From the NCBI RefSeq assembly GCF_009914755.1, contig NC_060947.1: 64,000 nt of DNA; one strand, written 5' to 3'. Position numbers and translations under genes: made by a program. The notes beneath the pieces were generated by a model. That model was not told where the DNA came from, did not search any database, and saw only the letters and a list, made by a program, of their open reading frames with translations. The stretch comes from the human T2T-CHM13v2.0 reference genome, Homo sapiens. This document shows, piece after piece, positions 1-17,860 of this stretch (the first letter of the stretch is position 1; the number at the start of each line of letters is the position of its first letter).

Positions 1-1080
1 TAAAAATGTCCCTTTCAGCTCTACCTTACCTGCATTCTCTGTATTTTGATATGTGTATTTTCACTTTAGTTCAGTTCTATATATTTTAAATTTTCCTTTG
101 AGTCTAATAATTCCATGAATTATTCTGATGTATGTTGACTAATTTCCACAACTTTAGAGATTTTACAGTCATCTTTCTGTTATTGAGTTCTAGTTTGATT
201 CCATTATGGCCAGAGAACATACTCTGTATGATTTCAATTCTTAAAAATTTTTGAGGTTTTTTTTTTATGATCCAGGATATGGTCTATGTTGGCGGATGTT
301 TCATGGGCATTTGAAAACAATTTGTATTCTGCTCAATATATGTCAGTCAGATCCAATTGGTTTATGGTATTGTTCAGTTCTATACACTTGCTGATTTTCT
401 GTCTAGAAGTTCTGCTCAGTTCTATACGCTTGCTGATTTTCTATCTAGAAGTTCTATCAGTTGCTAAGAAGATAGTGTTGAAGTTCCGCACTATAATTGT
501 GGATTTTTCTATTTCTCCTTTCGGTTCTATCAGTTTTTATCTCATGTGTTTCGAGGCTCTCTTTTGGGGTGTGCACATAGGAGATCACTATGTCATTTTG
601 GTGCATTGATCCTTTCATGACTATGCAATATCCTTCTTTGTCTGTAATAATTTTATTGGCTATGACATCTACTTTATAGAATATTAACACAGCCATTCCT
701 GCCTTTTTATGTTTGAATGGCAAGTCTTTTATTTTCAACCTATGCTGATAAATTTAAGTGAACTCCTTGTAAACAGCAAATATGTCATTTAAAAAAACCC
801 ACTCTACCAATTTCTCTTTTAATTAGTGTATTTACACCATTAACACTTAAGGTAATTATTGATATTTTAGGGCTTAAATGTGACATTTTGCTATTTGCTT
901 TCTGGTTCCTGTTTCCCATTCCTCTGTTTCTCTTTTCTTGCTTCTTGTGTGTTAATTAAACATTGATTTTTAGTGTTTTTAAGTGTATCAGTTTGTGTAG
1001 TTATTGTTTTATATTGTTATTACAATATGCATGTGTAACTTATCAAAGACTACTAATATCAATTTCTTACCACTTTAAGG
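1..1080 (-). mobile_element. Old L1M (L1MC/MD-type) fragment, ORF2 endonuclease region
   Basis: ORF 457..738 (-) gives KKAGMAVLI..KVD....IITDKEG..IVMKGS.HQ.DI, resembling L1 endonuclease; T-rich top strand; the element resumes after the LTR and after the L1PA3. Confidence 0.75.
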
Positions 1081-1645
1081 TGTTTTAAATGTATCTGGAT
1101 TTTCTTTTTATTCAGGTATAGTGAGGCCAACAGATCAGGAGATGATTACCGTTGAAAAGATAGTTTGTTACAAGATCCTAAGAGAAGGGCATAAGCAATG
1201 CCACACAGGACAGCATGGAAAAGTACCAGGCCAGTAAATTACGTGGCTGAAAGAGTGAAGGGAAAGCGTGGGCAAAAAGCTTTATTGTGGTTTTCTGAGG
1301 AAGGAATGCGCGAGGTAGGGCAAGTAATTGAGTATGCTTTGGTTTGGATAGTTTGAATACTTTTGGCTGTCTCTAGGCTGTAGGGAAGGTCCCTAGTTGT
1401 CTAGCACCTGGCCTTGGGGTGATTAGGGCAGAGGAATATTGCCTCCTGGAGCATAAAATCCAGGTAGAAGAAGTGGTCTGGAGTGTGGGTTCCGGATTGG
1501 TTCATTTGCATATGAAAGACATGCTCCCTGGTGAATGTATCGCTGAGAATTGTTTAGCCCTAGGAGGAGCAGTCTCTCCCCAGTCAGCAATGCCCTAGGT
1601 GCCAAAGCATCAATAATATAGGAAACAAGAAAATATAGTAATACA
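1081..1645 (-). mobile_element. Solo ERVL-class LTR (MER74/MER54/MER88-like) inserted in the old L1M
   Basis: TG...CA termini; TCAGGTATAGTGAGGCCAACAGATCAGGAGA and GCTTTATTGTGG (minus-strand AATAAA) resemble this LTR group; the host L1M resumes on both sides. Confidence 0.6.
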
Positions 1646-2174
1646 CAAATGAAATATAGAAACATCACTTCCCTTTAGGCTCCTTTAGCTTCTTCATATT
1701 TAAATAACATTGCCTTGAGTATCAGGTGGTATTATATTTGTTTCAATCATCAAATATAATTTAGAAAACTCATGGGGATATGTAGCCATATTTCTGCTTT
1801 TTCTGTTGTTCTTTCATCTTTCCTGCAATTCTAAGATTCCTTCTTTTATCACTTCCTTTCTACTTGAAGAAACCTCTTTAGCAATTCTTTAAGGGGAGGT
1901 CTACTAGTGACCAATTCTTTCAGTCATCTTTCATGTGGCAATGTCTTTATTTTTTTTATTTTATTTTTTTTTATACTTTAAGTTTTAGGATACATGTGCA
2001 CAATGTGCAGGTTAGTTATATATGTACACATGTGCCATGCTGGTGCACTGCACCCACTAACTCGTCCTCTAGCATTAGGTATATCTCACACTGCAATCCC
2101 TACCCCCTCCCCCAACCCCACAACAGTCCCCAGAGTGTGATGTTCCCCTTCTTGTGTCCATGTGTTCTCATAGT

Positions 2175-5997
<3,823 letters not shown>

Positions 5998-6060
5998 TAT
6001 GATGTTAGCTGGTTCTTTCGCTGGTTAGTTGATGCAGTTTCTTCCTAATCTCGATGGTCT

Positions 6061-7077
6061 TTACATTTTGGCATGATTTTGCAGCGGCTGGTACTGGTTG
6101 TTCCTTTCCATGTTTAGCGCTTCCTTCAGGAGCTCTTTTAGGGCAGGCCTGGTGGTGACAAAATCTCTCAGCATTTCCTTGTCTGTAAAGTATTTTATTT
6201 CTCCTTCACTTATGAAGCTTAGTTTGGCTGGATATGAAATTCTGCATTGAAAATTCTTTTCTTTAAGAATGTTGAATATTGGCCCCCACTCTCTTCTGGC
6301 TTATAGAGTTTCTGCTGAGAGATCTGCTGTTAGTCTGATGGGCTTCCCTTTGTGGGTAACCCGACCTTTCTCTCTGGCTGTCTTCAACATTTTTTCCTTC
6401 ATTTCAACTTTGGTGAATCTGACAATTATGTGTCTTGGTGTTGCTCTTCTCGAGGAGTATCTTTGTGGCTTTCTCTGTATTTCCTGAATCTGAATGTTGG
6501 CCTGCCTTGCTAGATTGGGGAAGTTCTCCTGGATAATATCCTGCAGAGTGTTTTCCAACTTGGTTCCATTCTCCCCGTCAGTTTCAGGGACACCAATCAG
6601 ACATAGATTTGGTCTTTTCACATAGTCCCATGTTTCTTGGAGGCTTTGCTCGTTTCTTTTTATTCTTTTTTCTCTAAACTTCCCTTCTCACTTAATTTCA
6701 TTCATTTCATGTTCCATCGCTGATACCCTTTCTTCCAGTTGATCACATCGGCTCCTGAGGCTTCTGCATTCTTCACGTAGTTCTCGAGCCTTGGTTTTCA
6801 GCTCCATCAGCTCCTTTAAGCACTTCTCTGTATTGGTTATTCTAGTTATACATTCTTCTAAATTTTTTTCAAAGTTTTCAACTTCTTTGCCTTTGGTTTG
6901 AATGTCCTCCCATAGCTCGGAGTAATTTGATCATCTGAAGTCTTCTTCTCTCAGCTCGTCAAAGTCATTCTCCATCCAGCTTTGTTCCATTGCTGGTGAG
7001 GAACTGCGTTCCTTTGGAGGAGGACAGGCACTCTGCTTTTTAGAGTTTCCAGTTTTTCTGCTCTGTTTTTTTCCCAT
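6061..7077 (-). pseudogene. L1 ORF1p, normal 1017-bp span with in-frame nonsense codons
   Basis: ATG at 7077-7075 and terminal TAA at 6063-6061; fragment 6301-6621 (KRPNLCLIGVPE...DLSAETL*) ends prematurely. Confidence 0.9.
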
Positions 7078-7475
7078 CTTTGTTGTTTTATCTACTTTTT
7101 GTCTTTGATGATGGTGATGTACGGATGGGTTTTTGTTGTGGATGTCCTTTCTGTTTGTTAGTTTTCCTTCTAACAGACAGGACCCTCAGCTGCAGGTCTG
7201 TTGGAGTACCTGGCCGTGTGACATGTCAGTCTGCCCCTGCTGGGGGGTGCCTCCCAGTTAGGCTGCTCGGGGGTCAGGGGTCAGGGACCCACTTGAGGAA
7301 GCAGTCTGCCTGTTCTCAGATCTCCAGCTGCGTGCTGGGAGAACCACTGCTCTCTTCAAAGCTCAGACGGAAATGCAGAAATCACCCATCTTCTGCATCG
7401 CTCATGCTGGGAGCTGTAGACCAGAGCTGTTCCTATTCAGCTATCTTGGCTCCTCCCCCAGCAATGTCTTTATTT

Positions 7476-10050
7476 CCACTTTATTCCTGAAGTATAGTTT
7501 CATCAGATATAGAAGTCACAGTTGACAGCTCTTTTCTTGAAAAAAAGCACTTGAAAAATGTACCACTTCCTTCTGGTCTTCATGGTTTCAGATGAGAAAT
7601 CTGCTGTAATTTGAATTGGTGTTCCCATATAGGTAATGTGTCATTTCCCTCTGTCTCCTTTCAGGCTTTTTTCTTTGTCATTACTTTTCAGAAGTTTAAT
7701 TATCGTATGTCTTGATGTAGACTTTTTTGGGGTTCTCATTTTGGGGTTTGTTCAGTTTCTTAGAAGTTTTTAGTCATTATTTCTTTAAATATTCTTTCAT
7801 TATCACTCTTTGCTTTCTCTTTCTGGGGCTCCAATGGTATCAATGTTTGATTTTTGTTATGCCACAGATATATAAGTCTCTGTTCATATTTTTTCCAGTC
7901 TATTTTATCTCTGTGGTTCAGACTGGATGAATTCCATTGACAAGTCTATCAGTCCCAACTGATTCGATCCTCTGTTATCTCCACTCTAGTATTGAACCCA
8001 TCTAACAAGTATTTAATCTCTATTTTGATTATATAACATATATTTGATTCTTTTTTATAATTTCTATTTATTTACTGAGAAATTCTATTTTTTTCTTTGT
8101 TGTAAGATAATTTTTATAATGGCTATTTTAAAATCCTTGTCAGATAATTTCAACATCTGATTCATCTTAGTGTTGCCACCTGTTGATTATCTTTTCTCAT
8201 TAAAGTTGTGATTTTCTTCTTATGATAGGCAATTTTTTATTGTATCCTAAACATTGTGTCTATTATTTTAGGAGGCTCTGGATCCTATTTAAATATTTTA
8301 TTATAGCAAGAAGTCACCCTGTTAGATATAGCATACAGGTCTTGGCCTACTTTTGTGGACTCTGATTCTAATGACAATTAAATTTTAGAGCCTTTGAAGT
8401 GCCATTTTTGTGAGCTTGATTATCTGGTGTGGCTGGAGCTCTCACTAGTTTCTGGCAGTGATGCTGAGTAGGGAGAAGGAGTTTCCCCAGGCCATCCCAC
8501 AATAGTATAGAACATCCCCTGGTCCATGCCACTTGTGATGGGATCCTCCTTGCTGCTGCTACTCAGTTACTTTGTTTCTCTTGGTGGAGGATGGAAGTAC
8601 CCAGACTAATAAGGAAGGAGAACACTTCTCTTGGTCCCTTATCATCAGCAGGTTCTCCAATTGATCTTCCCTGCTAATGCTACCAGTTTCACCTGGGATT
8701 ATCATCAAGATTCCCATGTCATCCAGGGGAAAAGTGAGTCTACCTTGGCTGTCTTCTATTGCTAGGTAGAAAGGAGATCAGGAAACACTAGGCCTGGGTA
8801 GCCTTCTTTTTGGTTGGGGTTATAGGATGTCCTGCTAAGTTTCCTCCAATCCTAGAGTCTCTAACCAGTCTACCCTCCTCTTTCCACTGTTTACAGTTCT
8901 CTTTTGTCTGGCTCTTGCATTATTTCCTGGGTTTATCTTATCATTGAATCTATACCACCCTGTCCAGGAGGAACTTGTTTATGCCATGTTATTTGGATCT
9001 GAAGCCCCATTTGTTTTCTTTTAAGAATTTGTATTTTTTTGTTCAGATTCTCTATCTTTTAATCTTTATGGCCATATTTTTCCTTTCTTATTTATATAAA
9101 AATGCTTTAAAGCCCTTGTCTACAAATTCCAGTATGTGGCTTATTTCAGGTTGGTTTATATTGACTGCTGTTTCTCTTGACATTGAGTCACATTTTTCTG
9201 TTTCTTCACATATCTACTCACTTTTTATTTTACTTTTGACCTTGTGGATTGTACAGTATAGTGACTGTAGATTTTGTTTTGTCCTCAAAGTGTGTTGACT
9301 TTTTTTTCTAGTGGGCAGATAAATCACCAGTTGATAACATTGAACTGATGGGGGCTAGATTTCATACTTTTTTAGGATGAGTATCTTTCAATAATTTAGT
9401 CTTACTCTTAGGGTAAGTACCTTTATCCTTGGACATAGTCTTTATTCCAAAGTTAAAGGGTTTATGGGTTTCAATGAAAAGCTTGAAATATTTGCCAAGA
9501 GAAATTTACCCCTTTTACTTGGCAGCACTCAAACTCTAAATTCTGCCTTCTCTGCAGTGGGGAGCAGCTGAAATCTCTGCTCAGGATTTTCAGCCTTCTA
9601 GTTGTTACTTTCCTCCAGGTCCTTAGAGTCCCTCCATGCATGTGATTTCAGGGTCAGTCAAGGATTTTAGGGGCTCCCTCTACAGTTCCCCTTTTTAAAA
9701 AATCAGATTTCCCTCCTTAATTTCCAGCTGCTCTGGCAGGTCCAATCTCTGTCTTCTGACACTTCAGGCCAAAAATAATGTGACTGATTAAGTTCAAGCC
9801 ATTCTGTGACATAAGAGCTGGGGATTGCTCTCAGGGAAAAGGCATATAATTGTGGATCTCAACCAGTGAAATTTCCTTCTTTTAAGGGTCAAATCTCTTC
9901 CTGCTTCTCCTTGTTTTTATTCAATATCCAGTGCATTCAAATAGCTGGCATTTTTCAAATATTAGTTTTAAAAATATTTTTCTAGAGTTTATAGTTGTCT
10001 GTGAGAAAGTTAGTCTAATACAACCTATTTTGCCATTACTGGAACTAGAA
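7476..10050 (-). mobile_element. Old L1M ORF1/5' region fragments (continuation of the host element plus further L1M pieces)
   Basis: Host sequence resumes directly after the TSD; T-rich L1M ORF1-like and 5'UTR-like sequence. Confidence 0.55.
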
Positions 10051-10479
10051 CTCCTCTCCTTTAACTCACAGCCTGGTCATCTCTGAACTACGCTATTGTA
10101 ATAGACTTCTTAATAGCTTCCATGCCTCTAGCTGTTCTTGTAATCCATGGTATGCACCACCAGCAGAGTGATCATTTGAAGATGCATATCTGATCCTGGT
10201 ATCCTCTGATTACAATTCTTCAGTGCCTTTCCCCTGTAACATATACAGGATAAAGTCAAAATTCCTTAACATGACAAGTCTGCTGTCTATCTCTTCATCT
10301 TTATATTAGGACAGCTGCTCATCTTTCTTGACATCTATCCTCTCACCATACTGAATTACTTGCAGTTTCTCTATTATGCCCTGCTATCTTGTTTTAGGGC
10401 CTTTGCACCCTGCATTCTCCCTGATACTAAAATAAAACAAAATAGAAAAGAATGGAAATAAATATACTGCTATAATAAT

Positions 10480-10680
10480 AATTCTAGACAACATTTATTG
10501 AGTGCATTTCATGTGCCAGGTGCTATGGTTGGAGCTTTTATTTTCTCATTTTGTCCTCATAACATTATGAGGTAAGTAACTTTGTAATCCCCACTTCACA
10601 GATGGCAAAACTGTGGCTCAGAGATGTTAAATGGTAGGGCAGCACTATTCTAGAATCAGGCTATGCTCTACTGTCTCCCA
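10480..10680 (-). mobile_element. MIR
   Basis: ATTTATTGAGTGC...TGTGCCAGG and CCCACTTCACAGATGGCAAAACTGTGGCTCAGAGA MIR core. Confidence 0.7.
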
Positions 10681-10910
10681 CTAAAGCAAACTATACTTAT
10701 AGGGCTTGGAAATGGAAGAACTAAGATTGCCTTTGAGAGTCAAACAGTTGAATTAACACAAGATGACTATTAACAGAGGTATGCAATGACACCTTAATAA
10801 GACAGAATAGCTCCCTTACCAGTAATGCTTGACTATAAACTGATGGAAGTCATTGGGACATACAAAGAAATAATGTGTCAAACAGAAGGACAGCTGGTCA
10901 ACTATGATAC

Positions 10911-11354
10911 TGTTATGGTTTGGATGTGGATTGTTTGTCCCCACAAAAACTTATGTTTTGATCCCAGTGTGGGGATCTTAGGAGGTAGGGCTTAGTGGGA
11001 GGTGTCTGGGTGATGGAAGTGGATCCCTCATGAGTAGCTTGGTGCTGTTCTAACAGTGGTGAGTGAGGTCTCACTCTTGCAAGACTGTATTAGTTTTTAT
11101 AATGATGAATTAGTTCCTGTGAGGGGGTTTGTTATAAACCCAGCATGCCCCTCAGGTTTTCCTCTCTTTGCATGTGCGCACTTTCTTTTTGGCCTCCTCC
11201 ACCATGTTGTGACATAGCAGAAAAGCCCTCACCAGAAGCCATGGTCATGCCCTTGAACTTTTCAACCTACAGAACCATCAGCTAAATAAACATCTTTTCT
11301 GTATAAGTTATCCAACTCAGGTATTTTTATAGCAACACAAAATAGATTAAGACG
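10911..11354 (+). mobile_element. Solo MaLR LTR, MST family (MSTC/D-like)
   Basis: TGTTATGGTTTGG start; AATAAA...CTCAGGTATTTTTATAGCAACACAAAATAGATTAAGAC end; approximate 5-bp TSD GATAC/GATGC. Confidence 0.85.
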
Positions 11355-12034
11355 GATGCATACACAAAAAGAATCACCGAGACAAATATGAGCAGCTCCC
11401 TCTAGGCACTTTCCAAATGATTTGGAATCCTGGTCTAAGGACCTACCCATGATAACCAGCATATTTATTGTAGAGAAGAGATTTCCAGTTTTCTTGGCCA
11501 AATATTTTTATATATTTAAATAATACAACTAGCTCCCTTCACTTTTATTTCATGCTCACTAAACAAGCTTCTCACTATAATTTTGATTTCTTATCCCTTG
11601 CCTACATGTAAGAGAATGCACAGGTATGGTTTACATGTGTGTTGCTACTATGAGGGGAATCAGTCTAAGAGAACAAGCTGAGGGTGGCATTATGGCTATG
11701 ACAGGAGAGCAAAAAAAAAAAAAAAAAAAAAAAAAGGGTATATCCTGGTTCCTACATGATATTATAGAGCCACTGAATTAAGCAGTCTGGAACCTTCCCT
11801 GTCACTAGAGCTTTTGTTATGGGTGAGAAAATACCTGTTCTAATAAAGAAGTAAGCTCATTTGGGATTTTCTGTTATATGTTGCCAAAAGCAACCCAACT
11901 TATAGAGTGAGGCAGATACCAAGTATTTAACGAATGTCGGGGAAGGGTATGATGAAAGAGAGTGTGAGCAGTGGGGCGAGGGGGAGTTACTGACGTATTG
12001 GTAGATAACAACAGTGAGGAGGGTGTAGGGTGGT

Positions 12035-12424
12035 TTATATGGGTTGGCTCTCTGTCCCCATCCAAATCTAATCTCAAATTGTAATCCCCCAAATCCCCAC
12101 GTGTCAAGGGAGGAACCAAGTGGGAGGTGATTGGATCATGGGGTGGTTTTCCTCATGCTGTTCTCATGATAGTAAGTTCTCATGAGATTTGGTGGTTTTA
12201 TAGAGGGCAGTTCCCCTGTGCTTGCTCTTCACTCCCTCCTGCCACCTTGTGAAGAAGTTACCTGCTTCCCCTTCCCCTTCTCCCAAGATTGTAAGCTTCC
12301 TGAGGCCTCCTAGCCATGTTTCCTGTTAAGCCTGCAGAACTGTGAGTCAAGTAAACCTCTTTCCTTTATAATTACCCAGTCTTGGGTAGTATTCTTTGTA
12401 GCAGTGTGAAAACAGACTAATACA
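12035..12424 (+). mobile_element. Solo MaLR LTR, THE1D/MSTA-like
   Basis: GGGAGGTGATTGGATCATGGGG; ends GCAGTGTGAAAACAGACTAATACA; perfect TSD GTGGT at 12030-12034 and 12425-12429. Confidence 0.9.
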
Positions 12425-12779
12425 GTGGTATTGTTGATAGTATGAGTCCCATAAGCAGAATTTTAACACAAGATTTGGGAGTAATGGCTTATAAGGAAAA
12501 ATTGAAAGCAAGAAGGATTCCTACCTCACAGTCCTGATATGTGTAGTATGAAGGAAAAAACACCTATGAGAGAATTGATGTGCTAAGGGGCCATCTAGAT
12601 TGCAGTTATGGCAGGAAGTTGAGGGAATATTTCAAGAAAAGGCTGAAGGGATTTTGCTGATCACAGAGTGTGCATTCCAGAGGGCACAGTGAAAGGATTT
12701 GTCTGGATGAAAAAAGAGGAGAAGTTCAAGATCTGGTCAGCTAAGAGAAAGTATAGAGTAATCCAGGCAATAATGAATG

Positions 12780-13530
<751 letters not shown>

Positions 13531-15529
13531 CTACAGTGTCTTGACTGTGACTAGAGCTGCACCCTTTCCAAAAATCATGTTAGTTTTGAATGCAGTTCTT
13601 GGGCCAGCAACTCCTCTTACATGGTTTAGTCCTGGTCTCTCTGGTTTCGCTTTCATAAGTAGTATGTCTTAAGGATCAGAATATTTTCCTGGGTCAAGTT
13701 AATACTGATGGTGTTGTTTAAAGTATCAGTTTAGAAACCTATTGACATACCAGGTTGGCCTCTTTATGGCAGACAATTATTGAAAGGGGTGGCTGCTTTT
13801 CTGCAGGTCCGTTAAAGTGACCATAATAGGATTAAAAAGCTGGAAATGTTCATGATGTAACAGAAATCTCTGGCTATTTTGAGATTCAGAAGTGGAGGAT
13901 CTTTAATGTCACATGGTACTACCTAACAAATTTAAATCATTGCATGTGCCTTCATGTCCCACAACAGGCACCACAGAAAAGCAGACCTCATCCCATTATT
14001 CAAGGCCTTGGTTTGAACCATCTTCCTTATCCCACATTTTTAAATCTGTTTCCCATCCTCCTGATTGTAGACCTTACCACTAGTCTCCTTATAGCCTTTA
14101 TTTGGCCTGATTTATCTAGAGTAAATATTTTTATTTCCTCATTGGCCACAATCTAGACTGTTCCTCTGGCTATGCTGTCTTTGGCTGCTTAAGGTAATTT
14201 GTTACCCTACATTGTTGGTCGAAATGTGTCCTCCAAGCTACTTGGCCACCTTGCCTCAGAGTCCTGTGGATGGTACTCCACTAGGTTTTTTTTCAAGCTC
14301 TAGGAGTGGGATCATAACTAGTAGGAGGAGTGCCTCTAACATACTTGTGGAAAGAGATAATTCAACCCTCACTATAATGGTCATATGCTTTCATCTGACC
14401 CAGTATCTGTTTGGGGAATCATCCCTCCCAAATTAGTTCATATGATTCAGATGAGGAAAACCATCCCATTTTTCACATTCAGAGGGTTGGGTAAATGAAC
14501 TAGGCCTGGCTAATTGGAGTCCTCCCTCTTCTTGGCCATAATCATTAGCCCAGGATTGGTTAATAAAAATCTGGTCAATGAAATTCTTCCTTGGCATTTT
14601 TGCTGTAACTATTGAGATAGATGCAGACTTTCTCTCTGAGATCAAAGACACTAATGAACCATGTAAGCCTAGAGTTGAGAGAGGCCATCTTTATCACCAT
14701 GACCCCAAGTGTGAAATCCAGCAAAGAAAGAAGCAGAACTAAGAGATGGAGAGACTGATTATATAATTTGAGGCCTGGGTCTAGCTGTGTCTGTAGCCAG
14801 TTGTACTCCTGTACTTCCCTTTTGGTTTTATACCACTTTGGGTTAAGCTTCTGTCACTTACAACCAAATGAGTCCTTACTTTTCAAATTTCATCTTAGGG
14901 AGATATTTATGTAAACAGGCCAGGGCAATTTAGATATGTTCATGCTAAATGAAGTCATGAGATTTATGAAGATGTGATTGAGGCAAATTATAACTTTCTG
15001 CCCCTTCTCTTCCCTCCCTGCCACAATTCATAAAGTTCTGGAAAACCACAGGTAAATTACAGAGGTTAGACCCATTTGAGTTGCCTATATATGTTCTGGA
15101 AGACATTCTTCTTTTTCTTCTCCTGGATCTCCTGGAGATTTTCCCTGATGACAACTTATACTATTTAAAAAGAGTCCAGGGCTTGGGATCAGAAGTCACA
15201 AATGGTACCTACCTTTAAGAACCAAGGTCATAATGACTACACAAGCTTGAGTGAGGAGAAAACACAACTGTGGCCATAGTGTGACTAAGGTAATACTGAC
15301 CAGAGTCTCTGAGCTCACAGTCTTAGTTTTTGAGGAGGCAATATAGTAAAATGTAAAAAGCAAGAGTTTTGGAATCACATAGACCCATTTTCCAGTTCTA
15401 TCTCTGCCACTTCCTAGTGAAATAATCCTAACAAAACTACTTCTCTGATCCTCAGTTACTCCAACAGTAAAATGAAGAATGTGCCCTACAAGGTTGTCTA
15501 GAAGGAGTAAATAAGATATTAACACCTAT

Positions 15530-16440
15530 GGTCAAGGTAACTGCAATAGCTTTCTAATGCCCTGCAATTCTTGCCCCCTACCATCCATTCCCCACACAGC
15601 AGCCAGAAAGTTAAAAATTTACTATTGAGATATAAGTTATGTACAATAAGTGATTCGATTTGATTTGATAGTATGATTTTTTTGGTTTAATGGTACGATT
15701 TGACAGTATGGTTCGATAAGTTTTGACAGATATATACACCTATGAAAACACCACTACAATCAGGATACAGAACATTTTCATCATCCCCAAAAGATTCTTG
15801 ATGCCCCTTTGCAGTCCAGTCACTCTTGCACGTCCAGCCCCATAGCTGGAATGACTTTTTTTAACATGTAACTCAGACCATGCAAGTCCTCTATTCCATT
15901 CCTTTCAATGGATTCCTATCCCTCAAGAAATTAAATCTAAATTTCTTACCATGTCCTTTCAATGCTGTTTGTGTTCTGAATCTTGCCACCTTGTAGCATG
16001 TGTTCCTTTATCAATACTATGTTTTAGCCACACTGGCCTCCTTTGTATTCACTAAGCCCTTCAAGCCCTTTACCACCTGTTATTGTTTCTTCTGCTTGGC
16101 ATCCTCTTCCTCAATTATAATTACATCACTAGCTTGTCACCTTTCAGGTCTCAGCTTAAATGCAACTCCCTCAGAGAAGTCTTCCCTGTCTACCAAAAAC
16201 GGACTCCCATAATTACTCTTTCTTTCTCAGGGTATCCCTAAGTACCCTGTTTCTTTCCTTCCCAGCCATCATCTCATTTATTTATTTATTTGCATACATA
16301 CACCATCTGTCTGCAATGCCTGTCTCACTCAGTTGACTGTAGTCTCCATGGTAGAAAGATCATGAATCTTTTGCTTCCCATTGTATCTGTGGTGCCTGCC
16401 ACCTAGCATTCAATAAATATTTGTTGAATGACTTAATTAT
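15530..16440 (+). mobile_element. L2 3' fragments with a nested old L1M piece (~15610-15850)
   Basis: CAATAAATATTTGTTGAATGA terminus; TTCAGGTCTCAGCTTAAATG...CCTCAGAGAAG. Confidence 0.6.
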
Positions 16441-16920
16441 GCATAAACATACCTAGAAGAGTGTCTGGCATATAACATGTGTGCAATAAATATTAGTTTC
16501 ATCTGCCAACCCCTATCTTACTTTCCTCAACATCATAAAGGAAATATTGAAAAACCCATAGCTAACATCATACTCAATGGTAAAAGTTTGGAAGCTTTTC
16601 CTTTAAGATCAGGAATAAGGAAGAAATGCCCACTTTTACCACTTCTATTTAACATAATATTGGAAGTTCTGGCCAGAGCAATTAGGCAAAAATAAATAAA
16701 TAAATAAATAAATAAAAGGCATCCTCATTGGAAAGGAAGGATTAAAATTATCTCTTTCACAGACAACATGATCCTGTATGTAGAAAACACTAAAGATTCC
16801 AGAAAAGAAAACTGTTAGAACTAATAAATAAATTCAGCCAAGTTGCAGAACACAAAATCAACACACAAAATATTAGTTGCATTTTGTCAACTAGGAAGGA
16901 ACAATCCAAAAAGGATATTA

Positions 16921-17266
<346 letters not shown>

Positions 17267-17567
17267 TTAAGAATAAATTTAACCAAGAAGTCAAAAGCCT
17301 TGTAAATGAAAACTACAAACACTGCTGAAAGAAAACATAAATAAATAGCAAGACATCTGGTTATCATGGATTGGAAGATTTAAGATTAAGATGACAATAA
17401 TACTCAAAGCTATCTACAGATTCAATGCAATCCTCATCAAAAATCCTAATTGAGGTTTTTTTTCACATAAATAGAAAAACCCATCCTAAACTTCATATGG
17501 AATCTCAAGGGACCCCAAATAGTCAAAACACCCTTGAAAAAGAAGGAAAAAAGTCAGAGGACTCACA

Positions 17568-17860
17568 CTTTTTTTTTTTTGAGACAGGGCCTTGCACTGT
17601 CACCCAGGCTGAAATGCAGTGGTGCAATCATGGCTGACTAAAGCCTCAACCTCCTGTGCTCGAGATCCTCCCACCTAAGCCTCCCTGAGTAGCTAGGACT
17701 ACAGGTATGTGTCACCATGCTCAGCTAATTTTTAAATTTTTTATAGAGACAGTGGTCTCACTATGTTTCCCAGGCTGGCCTAGAACACCTGGCCTCAAGT
17801 AATCCTCCTGCCTCAGCCTCCCAAAGTGCTGGGATTACTTGTGTGAACCACTGCCCAGCT
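17568..17860 (-). mobile_element. AluJ
   Basis: polyT, GAGACAGGG...CCTGGCCTCAAGTAATCCTCCTGCCTCAGCCTCCCAAAGTGCTGGGATTAC. Confidence 0.92.

Noticed and set aside
372-455. 42-bp tandem duplication
   Set aside because: Ordinary slippage duplication inside a dead L1M; two units, no spacers
11711-11735. 25-nt polyA tract
   Set aside because: No upstream polyA signal, retrocopy body or TSD; a simple mononucleotide run within a decayed MLT1-like segment
15650-15730. Degenerate ~13-bp repeats (GATTTGAYAGTAT)
   Set aside because: Local micro-duplications in an old L1 3'UTR; not CRISPR-like or regular
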